Source of the DNA: the human T2T-CHM13v2.0 reference genome, Homo sapiens
Direction: 5' to 3' (one strand)
DNA: 64,000 bases
Assembly: GCF_009914755.1 (NCBI RefSeq)
Contig: NC_060934.1
Below, one piece after another: positions 10,400-24,447 of the stretch. The notes under the pieces were generated by a model that was given only the letters and a program-made list of their open reading frames with translations, did no database searches and was not told where the DNA came from. The position numbers and the translations under genes were made by a program. Position 1 is the first letter of the stretch; each line of letters opens with the position of its first letter.

Positions 10400-13200
10400 A
10401 GCAAGGCACCTAAAATTTGTGAGAATCCAGAAAAGAGAAGAAATCATCTTTCCTGGTTGCTCCATTTTGTCAGGTGTTAAATCAGAGTGCTAACTTTTGT
10501 ATAATAACTGTTTGCTAATACTTAATAAGTAGCCGGTGTAACACAGTTCCAAAAAATTTTTTTGTTGTTGTTAAGCCTATGCAAGGCCAAAGGAGTATTA
10601 AAGTTTCACTACGGAAGAAATATGGCCACTGCCAAGAACTGATTAGTCATAAAATCCGAGGCATTATCATCATCCATCATTGCCTTTCTTTTAATGACTG
10701 AACTAAAAAGAGAGACATCAAAGTTTTCAAAATAAGGTTATAAAAATGCTGTACGCAGATGAGGCCTCCAAATATTTTGATAGAACCTGAACAAAAAAAA
10801 TATAGAAAAATCATTGAAACAAATCACAAAACATATGTTGTTATGTTTTGCTCTAAAAAGCATGAAGTTTATCCAGAACCCTATTATGGTAACTGCTTAG
10901 CTTTTCATGCATTCCTAAATTACCATGTAATCTAAAACGTTGTTTTCAGCTGCCCTGTATTGGAAAGTCCCTTAAAATAATCAGGATGATTACAGGCTAG
11001 TATTCAGAAAGAAACTTGCTTGTATTATTGTAAATGAAAGTATTATTTATCGGGCAGCCTCCTTTAAAGAAAAAAAAAAAACCCTATCTCAGAAGCACAG
11101 AAATACAATGTATTCAGGAAATACCTAAACCAAGGATTGCATTTTGGGCTGTCTACATTTTCAAACACATGGATAGTTGGTGTAAAAATATGTTCTTTTT
11201 CTGCAGGGACTTGACTGTAATTAGTGTGTGCCAAAACTCTCTCACAGAGATTTCATTGTCTTATCTACTTACATCATCTTAATGCGATTTTATTTTACTT
11301 TGTCAAAGTCATATTAATGTAAATGTGTTCTTGATAGCAAACAGAGTTCTTTTTTATGCAAAACAGGATTCAGCTGACTCTAATAAAACAGCTTGCAGTC
11401 TATTAGACTATAACAGTAATGTGCTTATTTTGTTTCTCAAATCAAGACTGTGTCAGAAAGCTATAGATGGAGATTTGTCTTGTTTTTCACAATAATTGCT
11501 AGGGTGGGGTTACATTATGATCTTTAAATGAATAGTATCGCTTAGAACAAACACTTCATATATCTTTTATCTTCCCCGGCATACAGTTCTGAGTTTTCTT
11601 TGAAAATGCTGCGCTACTTTTCCACATAAGTCATCAGAATGTTTCCAAAGAATTTTAACTGCCAGATTAATTATATCTTGCAAACAAAGATAGATTGCTT
11701 ACATTCTTTATTCAGAATTCCTGCCAGTGTGGAGCAACTGGCAACAAATTAATTTCTTTTGCAACCATGCAAAATGTTTTGCTATGAAAAGCTCTGGAAG
11801 GTAAATGGATCCTTTTAAAAAAAAAAAAAATCAGGTTGCTCATTCTGAAAGGCTAATCTGTAAGCAAAGAACACAGGATTAAATGAATTTGACTACTCCC
11901 CCCCACCCCGCCCTCTTTTTTTAGCATCTATGTTATAACCCTCCCATAATGTATTCAGTTAATTAAGTATTGCTGTGACCTGGTGGCAATTTTTGAAATC
12001 CAGGGAATTTTTCCCCCTTTAAATTCTGCCTCCCCCACAGAGCAGAATATAATCTGTTTCCAGTCAGTCTGTTTATTTCAGCTGTGCTTCTACTACAAGC
12101 CTCTAAAATGTTTTAATAAATTTATCAACCAAAAAATATTACAAACATTTCATTTCCTTTGATTCAGACACACATACACACCAAAAAAAAAAAAAAAAAA
12201 AACCTCTGCCTTCATTGCAAATTCTTGGTGGTATGAATCACTCTAAGTAATATTTGCTTTAACTTTCGTGTGGTTCTACAAACAACCTTTATATGGCTGG
12301 ACTTCAAAGCGAGGAGAAATAAAGGTTAGAAATGTGATAGGAGTAATCTATTATTAGGCATGAAACATTAAACCACTTTTAGCTATAAGTCTTAAAACCT
12401 GAATAATCTGGGTTTTTTAAGTAGTGCATATTTATTGTGCTTTCAGCTACACACACATTTATCACAGAGAAGTGTTTGGAAGAGAAATATTTTCCATTGC
12501 ACTGTGTGCCACAATTTAGTTTAATTTTTCCTAATATTTAATTTAGAAAAACGGTAATATTATAACAGGATTCTCATGTGTCCTGGCCAAAACACTTGGT
12601 GTTCCTCACAGAGTGAAATTAATCTGTTACCAGCCTGCTGACCTGAAAGTAAGGTTTAGTAGGCACAGAGGGGGTAGGGCAGAGAAAGGGGTGGGTTAGG
12701 GTGGGTAGGGAGATAAGATCTCTTTCTTTTACTAGAAAGGAGAAAAAAAAAGGCTTAGAGGAATGTCTCAACCCACCAATGCCATCAAATGACAGAAAAT
12801 AAGCTGAACGTGTATTTGAGCCGAAGAGTGTTTGAAAACATTTATTAGCTCCATCCATAACGACATTCACGGCAGGAATGTTAATTGTTAAAATCTGTAC
12901 TGCAGCTAGTTCTTTAAGTAAGGGGGCTGCATTGAGTGGAAATTCAGCTCCTCGTTTCTTTTTTTCTCCACATATATTTGTACTTAAAAAAAAAACTAAT
13001 GTTATGAAATAAGTCAGATGTCAGATGGAAAGCTTTCTAGCACAAGGGAATACAGAACAGTGTTAAGGATATATGCATATGCAAGAACAAAAAACAACAT
13101 TGGTAACAATTTGTTCTTGATTAAATTTGTGCTCCTAATACAGTAGATTAAAAATAAGTCCAACTGTTAAACACATTAGGGTTCAGCCCCTGCTGATGTG
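10400..13200. promoter_or_regulatory. Candidate conserved non-coding/enhancer block (repeat-free, AT-rich)
   Basis: ~2.8 kb with no recognisable interspersed repeat; dense TAAT/TAATCT, SOX (AACAAT/ATTGT), CAGATG E-boxes and a POU MORE-like site. Confidence 0.45.
12670..12710 (+). other. G-quadruplex-forming motif
   Basis: GGGGGtaGGGcagagaaaGGGGtGGGttaGGGtGGGtaGGG: seven G3+ tracts, mostly 1-3 nt loops. Confidence 0.75.
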
Positions 13201-13447
13201 CCAGAAAAGCAGCTATCACTCCAGACCTGGCCGGATTCTTTCTGGTAGCCTTGAGACAGGAAATCTGACCCCCAAGAAACCTGAACCCCAAAGTCCATCA
13301 GTGACCCCGAAACTTGGGGATTCCTTATTTTCGTCTACTGATTAAACCCCAGAACCTTCTTAATATTTTCTTATACCCAGTCAAAACTGGGTGTCTCTCA
13401 GCAAGGCTAAAAGACAATACCAGTTTGGAAAGATGGAGAAAGAATTA

Positions 13448-13760
<313 letters not shown>

Positions 13761-13957
13761 AAAATTTAAGGGAAAAAATGAAGAATTGCTGATAGCCACA
13801 ATCAAGGCAATCTTTGAAGAAATTAAGTTGTAGTTTATTGGGCAAATATTTGTAAAACTTGTATCGTTTAAGAAGATTATTGTAAGCCATGTCTGCCTCT
13901 CCCTAGAAACGTTATAAATGGAGTTAAAGACATAATTGAATTCCAAAATGCCCAAAC

Positions 13958-14250
13958 CGGTACCGTGGCTCAAGCCTGTAATCCCAGCATTTTGGGAGGC
14001 CAAAGCAGGCAGATCACTTAAGGTCATGAGTTCAAGACCAGCCTGGCCAACATGGTGAAACCCCATCTCTACTAAAAATACAAAAATTAGCTAGGCATGG
14101 CGGCAGGCACCTGCAATCTCAGCTACTCAGGAGGCTGAGGCAGGAGAATCACTTGAACCCAGAAGTTTGCAGTGAGCCGAGATCGGGCCACTGCACTCCA
14201 GGCTAGGCGACAAAGTGAGACTCTGTCTTAAAAAAAAAAAAAAAGAAAAA
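13958..14250 (+). mobile_element. Alu SINE (AluS)
   Basis: Dimeric Alu; perfect TSD AAAATGCCCAAAC (13945-13957 and 14250-14262). Confidence 0.95.
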
Positions 14251-15919
14251 AAATGCCCAAACTGGAAGGCACTTCGAGATCATAGCCAACTCTCTTCTTT
14301 CCTGGATGACTTTCCATGAGGTTAAAGAGAGGGCTTGGCCAAGGTCAGACCAGGGGGAGGCCCCATCTAGCTGAACACGGAACTCAGGCCTTGGTTTCCC
14401 CAGCCATGACTATGATATGGTACCATCTGCCTTTTCAGTTTGTTCAAAAAAGAAGACTGAAATTAAATTCATGGGTATAAGAAAAACAACATGTGTCTTC
14501 AGGTAATTATATTAATGGCTCTTTACCTAAACTGTTGTGTTATTCCACCTGTACGTTTTCTTAGAGTATGTGTATTTTTCTAAACAAAAATACCAACTCA
14601 AATTATTACTCCCTCCTTTCTCCAGCCTCCCCTGCTCCAACCCTAGTGTATTTTTCTGGTCTTTGGTCAATCTGGTTTAATAGGTTACCTCTTGCTGACG
14701 CTCTCATTTCACAGAGTAGTGGAGTTCTCTGCCGTGACATGTTTTCTGGAAACATAAGGGTATGAGGCTGTAACATTCGTAAATTTAGGAAGTAATAGCT
14801 CCCCAAAAGCAATGTAGATAGCTCAGATATTGCCAGAAAAGAAGAACAGTTAATTGAAACTATTTGGGGCATGCAGTATTGAACAAGGAGATGGTTTCTG
14901 AGCAACACATATCTAAACGTGGCTTGCCAGAGACCTGCACACATTTAATTTGCTCTACAAATTTGGTTAGCCCAATAAAGTGTGAACATCAAACACTGGT
15001 CGTGGAGAGCATTAAACATTAACCAACAGAGACCTTAAAGACTTGGGCAGAACATTAAAATTAGAGGAGAAAGATAGGCCAGGCAACTCTGGGAAATTAG
15101 GTTAAGACTCCAAAAGCGAATGTTTGTTGGCTGAATAAAAATAAAGTGAAAACTATTTTGAGACTGGTAACCATTTGTCTCCACAGACAGGCCACTTTCC
15201 CCCTAGGATTATATTTTTAAAATCAAGCAAACATACTAAAGTCAATTTGATTTTCTGTTGTTCTCCAGAATGAAATGTATTACCACCCAAATGAACCCTG
15301 AAAAGGGGGATTTCGGTTGCCATTCCCAGATCCACGAACACTTAAATGGAGTCTGGCCTTTTTTCCATTTTTCGTGTTTATGTGTATTGCATACTGCTTA
15401 GCCTGGGGCTCAAACCCTGTTAAAGTTCAATCAACTTTTGTTGAACAGCAGAATGAAAATGTCCTCTGAGGAGATAAGGATGGCTTCCAGGCTCACTCAT
15501 TCGGACTTCCTCTTTACCTGACAAAAACTGGTGTATACTTCCCTTCTCAGCAACAGCAATAAGTGCTTCCTTCAAAATAGTTAGATTCAGGAAAAGGAAA
15601 ATAATATCATATTCTAGTCCTTATTCTCTAACTATCTTTTGCCCTAGTAGGCCTCACAAAGTAAATCTCTTGAAAGTAATAGCAGTTTTCTCTCAGGAGA
15701 ATGTTTGGTACATTATTTTTTTAATATCTAGTAACGTTCCAGGATGTAGTAGGTGACAGCACTCAATAACTCTACATAACTCATGGAGAGGCGGAGTTAA
15801 ACATAAGTTAAACCGCTACTGGACCAGGAGTTAACTCCTAAGACAATTTAAGTGTGGCTACTTGTCTTAAGATACAAAATATCCACTAATGATAGAATAG
15901 AGGAACCCCTAGGGGCCCT

Positions 15920-16655
15920 GACATAAGGTGAGTTCCCCCAGAAATAGACCTTTAAACAGTGATTTTTTTTTTCTTTTTTGTTCTTTGCCCAGGTTAGCGT
16001 GCAGTGGTAGGATCTTGGCCTCAACCTCCTAGGCTCACCCAATACTCCGATCTCAGCCTGCCAAGTAGCTGGGACTGCAGACATATGCCTGGATACGTTT
16101 TTCCATTTTTTTTATAGAGGCCGGGTCTCGCTATGTTTCCTGGGCTGGTCTCCTGTGATGCTCCTGCCTCGGCCTCCCAAAGTGCTAGGATTACAGGTAT
16201 GAGCCACCATGTCCAGCCCTTGAGTAGGATTTGAGTGCAAGAAGTTGATCTGAGAAGCAAAGGAAACCCCAGGTGGGGAGTAGGAAAGTGAGACAGGATA
16301 GGGAAGCCAGTCAATGCAAAGTGTGTTGTCTAGCTAGCTACCACTGTGGGCAACTGTTTAACCCTAATGAGGAAACTCAGGGAGGCCTTGTAGAACATAC
16401 ACCTCAGAATTACCCCACCAGAGGGGTGGGAGCTGGGATATTTATACACCAGCTGCCATCAGCCTTTGGATGAGGTTGTTCCTTTGAGGCATTAACTCCC
16501 TGGTACTAGCAGCTGTCCACACAGGCAGGAAAATCAGGTTTTGGTGGCTGAAGGAAACTCTCAAGCAGACAAATGCAGGAGCTGGCAGTAGAAAAGCAGG
16601 CTGGTATGCTCTGAAGCCATGAGGGTGAGGAGCTATGGGCAGGACCCAGACAGGT
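15920..16655 (-). mobile_element. LTR33 (ERVL) solo LTR interrupted by AluJ
   Basis: 'gttcccccagaaatagacc..ggatttgagtgcaag..gtgagacagga..ccactgtgggcaactg..tagaacatacacctcagaatta..gggagctgggatatttatacacca'. Confidence 0.8.
15963..16218 (-). mobile_element. AluJ with several internal deletions
   Basis: poly(T), 'gggtctcgctatgtt', 'ggcctcccaaagtgctaggattacagg..gagccacc'. Confidence 0.9.
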
Positions 16656-18331
16656 CCCTTGGGTGGAGGGAGGTTTAAATGCAGTTCTTTTTTTGTCTAG
16701 CACAGTGGCTAACACATTGTCAGATCCTATTCAATAGTTGTTGAATGAAGGAAGGAAAGACAGAATAAGACATCAATTAATAAAATTTTGTTGATGCTTC
16801 ACAGATACGGTTTACTCTCTGTTTAATGTTGAAACAGTTCAAACTTTTCTCAGTAAACTATATAATATCAGCTCAGGCTTGGTGTCAGACAGATCAAAGT
16901 TTCAGCCCCATTTCTATCACTTCTAGTTGTGAGACCTTAAGTAAGTTACTTTACTTCTCTGAGCCTCAGAGAATGCCTATTTTACAATGCCTATTCCACA
17001 GTACAGTGGCCTATTACAATACCTGTTCCATAGTATTTAATAATATAAGACTGAAAAAGTAAATGATATTGAGCTTGGTACAGTAACTGAGCTTGGTAAG
17101 TGTTCAGTGCTATCATAATGGCTCAAGAATCAGTTCCCTGACTTGAAATCCCACTCATATCACCAACTATCTACATATCTTTGAACAACTCATTTAGCCT
17201 CTGTGGTGCAAGGTCTCCTCATCTCTAAAATGGACACAAAATTGCCTGTTACTCCTTCCCCTGAGAATGAAGTCCTAAACAGATATCATGAGAGGGTAAG
17301 TCACACTTATGGAGCACTTTACAGTTTACACAGTCCTTTTATATATGTCATCTCATTTCTGAGCAAGATAGGGTTGTGAACTTGCAAATCATTCTGTCAA
17401 TGTAGGGAAGCATTTCTCCAGTTCTCCAAGTACCCCCGAGTCTGATTTGTGTTTGGATTAGGTTATAGACTGTGAGATGACCTATAAGGGCTGCACATAG
17501 GTGCCCAAAGAGAATGGGGTTCGAATCACTGATAGTTGGTTAGGAAATGAGGGTGGGTGTGAGAGTCAGGGTCTGGCAGAGACCTGCCCAAGTGGGCACT
17601 GCAGGCTCATGCTCAGAACACAGTGTTTATAGATTCAAAATGAACCAAGAGTATAACTTATAGCAGGAGCCCTTGAACCAATGAAGTCATCCGAGTGGGG
17701 CTGACTGGAGTGGCCGGCAAGCAGCGCCTCTTATACATCAACCCGGGAGATAGAAGCCTAAAACTTAGCCAGAAGGTGATCCCACCAGAATGTCTGAGCA
17801 CTAATTACATGCCAGGAAGAGTGGAGGATACAAAGTGAATGCCCTTTTATTATCTCTATTCCACTGCTGATAAAGCTGAGGCTTAGAAAAGATGTGTCAT
17901 TTGCCCAGACTTCACAAAACCAAAGCCCAGGCCTGCTTGTTGCCAAAGAGAGGCTTTTAAACCACAGTGTAATACTGACTTTCTACAATATCATAACATT
18001 TGATGCCACTCAAAATATAACTACAATAGATAAAATAAGTATTTTTGATAATTTTTTAACTTTAAGCATTGCAAGGGAAAAATATTTTATAACAAAGCAT
18101 TGATAGTCACTAGACTAACCATGTGAGTCATGAATTACACTTTACAAGACAATGCAAAGTTGTGGTCACTGCTTTCCAAATGCTCTCATCCTAAGGTATT
18201 CCTAAGCCTTCCATAAGAATTCAGCCAAGTCAACAAGAATAAATGTAAGTAATTAGTCTAATTTGTGATGGCTTCCCTTCATTGCATCTCAATGAACTCA
18301 CTTTAATTTAGGGGACTCTAGGAACCAAAAA

Positions 18332-18603
18332 ATAATTGCTAACTTACTATTCACTTACTGTGCACTTACTCTGTGTTGGGCACTGGGCTAAATGCCTTAC
18401 CTGAGTTACTGCATTTATTCCTCACAACAGCCTTCCAGGTTAGGTGCTATTAGCTTCCTCTTTTATAGATATGAAACTGAGGTTCAGAGAGGTTGAAGAA
18501 CTTTTCCAAGGTCAAGTTAAAGCTAATAAGTGGGAGAACTGAAATTCAAATCTCGACTGCCTAATTCCGGGAACAATGCATTCATCCTCGGCTCTACACT
18601 GCC
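18332..18603 (-). mobile_element. MIR SINE, near full length
   Basis: Core 'ttttatagatatgaaactgaggttcagagaggttgaagaacttttccaaggtca'. Confidence 0.85.
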
Positions 18604-21004
18604 CAAGTCTTGAATCCTAGTGTTGGAGAAGTCTTTATTTTCATTTAGACATTCCCTATTAAATGAGACAAATATGGGCTCTTAAATACTATAAACAACT
18701 TTTTTTTTAAATGTACTTGAGAAAGCTTAGTTCCTAGGAATTCTTCAGAACAGAGTTGAAGTTCCAAAACAAATCTCCCCAGAACAAGCCTGTTTAATAT
18801 AAAGAATTAAAAAGGAGGGCATGTAATTGCCTACAGTATTTGATTCGAATTTTGTAAATACCTTTTAAACTTTTAGTAAGCCTATGCTTGTAAAAATACA
18901 TTTTCAAAAAACATATTATATATGCAAGTTTACAACCCTGACGCTTTTTAAAAACTTACCATTACTTTACAAATATACAATCTCTATAATATTCAGCATG
19001 AAGAAAATTCCAGAAAGGAATGCATTAAAAGTCAAAATGTGATTGCTACCTTTTCTTATCTAAAAAGTGCAAGTGTTACATGGTTATCAGGAAAAAAAAT
19101 GAACATTAATATTTGTCCATTCATCATGAGTCAGGCTGGCTTTTTACATCTATTTTCCCAACTAACGCCCACAACAAGCTTTAGATGTAGCTATTATCTT
19201 GTCCTATTTATAAATAAGGAAGCAAGTTTTAGAGAAATTAAGGGACTGTCCCAGGGTCATACAACTAAACAGCAGCAAAAGTAGGATTTCAGTTCTGTTT
19301 TACTCTCAGCTGAGAGGTCTTTGCACTACAACACAACCTGTCATACAAATTATTTATGTTGGCATCCATATATGCCTCTGTGACAAGATTATTTACTGAG
19401 ATATTGATTTATAATTGTTTCCTGATTCCAAATGAGACTAGAAGAAAGGTATTTTCCCCTCCCTAAATCAAAACTGTGGAGGGGTACATGCCTGAGACAG
19501 GAGAGATTCGTAGGGTGGAGGTGATCCTTTACAAGTGGGGAAGACCTGAGTTTGCAGGAAGTGGGTGTGGATACTGGGCTCCCAGGGAAGCCGCCACCCC
19601 AGGCATCTAGCCCAAAGATCCTGCTGCCTCAGCTTAGCACATGGTGAGTGAGGCGGCCCACCTCTGAAATAAGGTACCCTAAGATTATTCAGAGCATAAC
19701 TTGAAAAATCTCTAATCGAAAGAATTAAAATAATGACCTTTTATCAGGTCAGGACTCAGACTTGGCAATACGGAGTTTGCTCAGACACAGGTACAACTTC
19801 TGCCTTGAGGCATTGAAATCTTTGGTCCCATGCTAGAGAATTGATCCCCATTGGCAGGGACAGAATGGGATGCAAAATGTAGCAAGTACTCCAACAGTGA
19901 CCTGGTGGGGTTTCTTTCAGAAGCTTTTCCTGGCGCAGTACAGCTGCCCTTTAGAATGGCAAGAGTTGACCACCAACCAGAAAGAAGCCCTGATTCCACC
20001 AAGCCTGCGGGCCACATCTGTTGCAACAGGAGCCACTTTTCAGTCCCATCAGCTCCTTCTCTTCTAGCTATGACTTTTATCATGGGCTCCACTTCAATCA
20101 TTAGCAATAAATAGAAAATACCCAAAAGCCCCAAAATAAAGGTCCCCTTTTCATTTAAAACATTCAGATTTCATTGCTTGTGCTGTGGCTAACATCAAGT
20201 CACAAAGTGGCAGGGCAGTTCCCCAAGCCCGTTCTGCTTCCAAGCTTGTTAAACTTTGGAATGGGTTTTGTCCTTTGGGTGTGCATGTGTTTTAAAGCTG
20301 TTTTATGACACATTGTCGGGAACTCAGGTACTGGACCTCTTTAACTCCAGCTTTCAGCAGCTGCCTTTGCACTTCCCTTTCACATAATTAAACACCCTAT
20401 GGTACTTAACAGAGTAATAAGTAGCACATCAATAAAGCAATAAATAATTGTATTCAGGCAAACTCCAGAGCCATCATCCATTAACCAGAGCTGTGAGCAA
20501 TACTTTTGATTAATCAGTAAGGTTATATAATAGCAAAGCAAAAGTCAGTCAAGGCTTGGGCAAGAATCAACCAGACTTCCAAGCCATGAAGAAGTCTTAT
20601 CTCTGAGGTAACCTGCAGGGAGGCTATCAATTGGAAGCATTAACCCAGAGAGTAACTGAAGCAGCAGGAAGTCCCACCTCCAGAAACTAGTTAAAAACAA
20701 AGAAACAGGATGATCTGGCTGAGGCAGGAGGGCTGCCTACTGAGAATATGGAGTAAAGGGCCTATAAAAGCAAAATGTTCTGACTTCAGAGAACAAATAC
20801 TTGCAGCTGAGCTGAAGAGCAAAGGAGAATCAGGATGGACCTGGAACTCCATCCATGAGTCTGAGGGAAACTTCTGCAGATACGATGCTGTCTGGGAGGA
20901 GTGCTTATTCAGCCTCCCACCGAGAAGTATAGGAATGTTGTTATTAGACCACGGCTCTGTAGGCCAACACCAGCACAGGGCTGGGTGACTATGCTTAGAG
21001 CCCT

Positions 21005-21150
21005 CAGAATCACCTGTGGAGCTTTTTATTCTTAACAATAGCTTGCCTGGATCTCACAAACCCAAATCTCTGGAGGCAGGGCCCAGGAACCTGTATTTCT
21101 AACGAGCTCCCCAGGTGGTTCCACTGCACAGCCAATGTGGAGAACCTCTG
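21005..21150. mobile_element. MER5-family hAT-Charlie fragment
   Basis: 'tcagaatcacctgtggagcttttt...ggcagggcccaggaacctgtatttctaacgagctccccaggtg...gagaacctctg'. Confidence 0.65.
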
Positions 21151-21554
21151 GTTTGGTGACAATAATGGAGGACCCCTATAGACCTAGCCAGCTGGGCCAG
21201 CCTTGCCATGTGTGGCCACGAGGCTGCTGTCAAGATCCTCAGCTTGACACTTGAAACAGATCTTGGGCAGTCCAGATTTGTAAATGCACCATGAGTTTGT
21301 TTATACCAGTAGTCACTAGACTCAGAAGAGGCGCCCATGGTGCACCTGATCAAGGCTTGTGCCCAGGTTTCAGTGCGCTAACATGTTCCCCAAGGGAGTC
21401 AGAGAAAACTAGCCCAATACCAGTCATGTTGAGAAGCATTCATTCCATCCTCAAAATACTGAGGGCCTACTATGTGCAGGCACTCTTTTAAACACAGGGG
21501 ATTCATCAAGAATGAAAACAAAACTCTCTCCTCAGAAGGAGCTTCATTCCAATG

Positions 21555-22987
21555 GGACCCCAGAGTTTTCTGGGTGTCTCAGGGCACAAGAGGATTGGGA
21601 CTGAGCCAGTAGAGGTTTGCACACTCGAACTGCACTGCAACAAGACAGCATGTTTTTGTTATAGAAATTTTAAGCACATGTGAAAGTAGAGAGTGGTATA
21701 ATGAATCCCCACCACGTACCTCTCACCTAGTGCCCACAGTTACCAATTCATGGCCAATCTCCTTTCATACCCACCTTCACCCTCATTACCCAGATTATTT
21801 TGAAGAAAAACCCAGACATCATATTGTTTTATCTGCGAATACTGTCAGTATGTATCTCTAAGACATGGATAATCTTTAAAAAAAAATAATCACCACATAC
21901 CCTTATCCCACTTAAAATGTTAACACTAATTTCATAATCTTCAATTTAGTCAGTGTTAACATTTTCCCAACTGTCTCACAGTTTAAAGTATGTATTTTCA
22001 AATGAAGATCAAATAAGGTCCATACGTTGAAATTAGTTGATACATCTCTTAAGTCTCTCTTAATCTAAAGCTGCCCCCACCCCTGCTTCAATCATGTCCT
22101 TTGTTCTGTAGAGTCTGGATTTTGCTGACTGCATCCCCGTGGTATCACTTAACATATTTCACTTTTGTTCAGTGTATTTCCTGTCATATGGTAGTTATAG
22201 CCAGAGGTTTGCTCAGAGTTGGTTTTGATTTTTTTGGCAAAAGTATTTCAAAGGTCTATCAGGCTTTTCATGTCTACTGGATGTTGATCTCTTTGTGATG
22301 TTGGCAGCCATGTATGATCATTTTCTAGATCCTTTACTTCATTAGGAGCTCATGAAACAATTGTAAACCACTAGGAAGATTCATTAGGATCATTAGGTGA
22401 GATCCCTATTTCAATTGGTGATATTCTAATTTTAATAGCTTTATCAGCTAAAATACTGCTATGATGAAAACTTCTCATCAGCTCTCTGGTTACCCTGAGG
22501 TATAGGAAAAGCAAAATAAATGATTTATTTCTTTATTTGTCAGTTTTCAAAATAAGTTGGTTCCTTAGCATCATCCAAAGATTTTTGTTAAGTGTCATTA
22601 TGAACCCATGAACTTAAGCAGCTCGCAACTTTTTAAGCAGCTCACAACTGACATCCTTCTTTGAGTCTCTTACATATATAGCCTGTCTTTGTCCAGTGGG
22701 AACTGACTCAGACTGGCTCCTGGATCCTTGAAATATGACCCTTCTAGTCTTTGATATCTTTCTTGCTAGTATGTCAAGATGTTCTCGGTGCTTCTTGTAC
22801 CTTTCCTGCCCCAGATCTGGAATTAGCCATTTTTCCAAAGGGCCCTGGCTTATTTTTAGTCAGCAATGGTATTTAAAGACCACATTCTGCAGTCCCACTT
22901 TTATCTATTGTAGTTATTGAGGTTTGACATGAGAGTCCCATTGAATAAAAGGTTTTGCTACTTAAACATTTCTTTGAAAGTCATTTG
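21555..22987 (-). mobile_element. MER103C split in two by an L1MC5 insertion (parts ~21555-21650 and ~22889-22987)
   Basis: Left part ends 'caacaagacagca'; right part resumes 'gcagtcccacttttatcta..tattgaggttt..aaaaggttttgctacttaaa..tttgaaagtcatt'. Confidence 0.55.
21652..22888 (-). mobile_element. L1MC5-type LINE-1 3' region
   Basis: 'gattattttgaagaaaaacccagacatcatat..cagtatgtatctctaa', 'ctggattttgctgactgcatccc', 'cttgtacctttcctgccccagatctggaattagccatttttccaaag'. Confidence 0.8.
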
Positions 22988-23004
22988 TCTTTGGAAGAAA
23001 AAAT

Positions 23005-24447
<1,443 letters not shown>

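Noticed and set aside
15826-15839. 14-bp perfect palindrome AGGAGTTAACTCCT (also a 12-bp palindrome TTCAGTACTGAA at ~60570)
   Set aside because: Palindromes of this length are expected a few times by chance in 64 kb, and there is no supporting context
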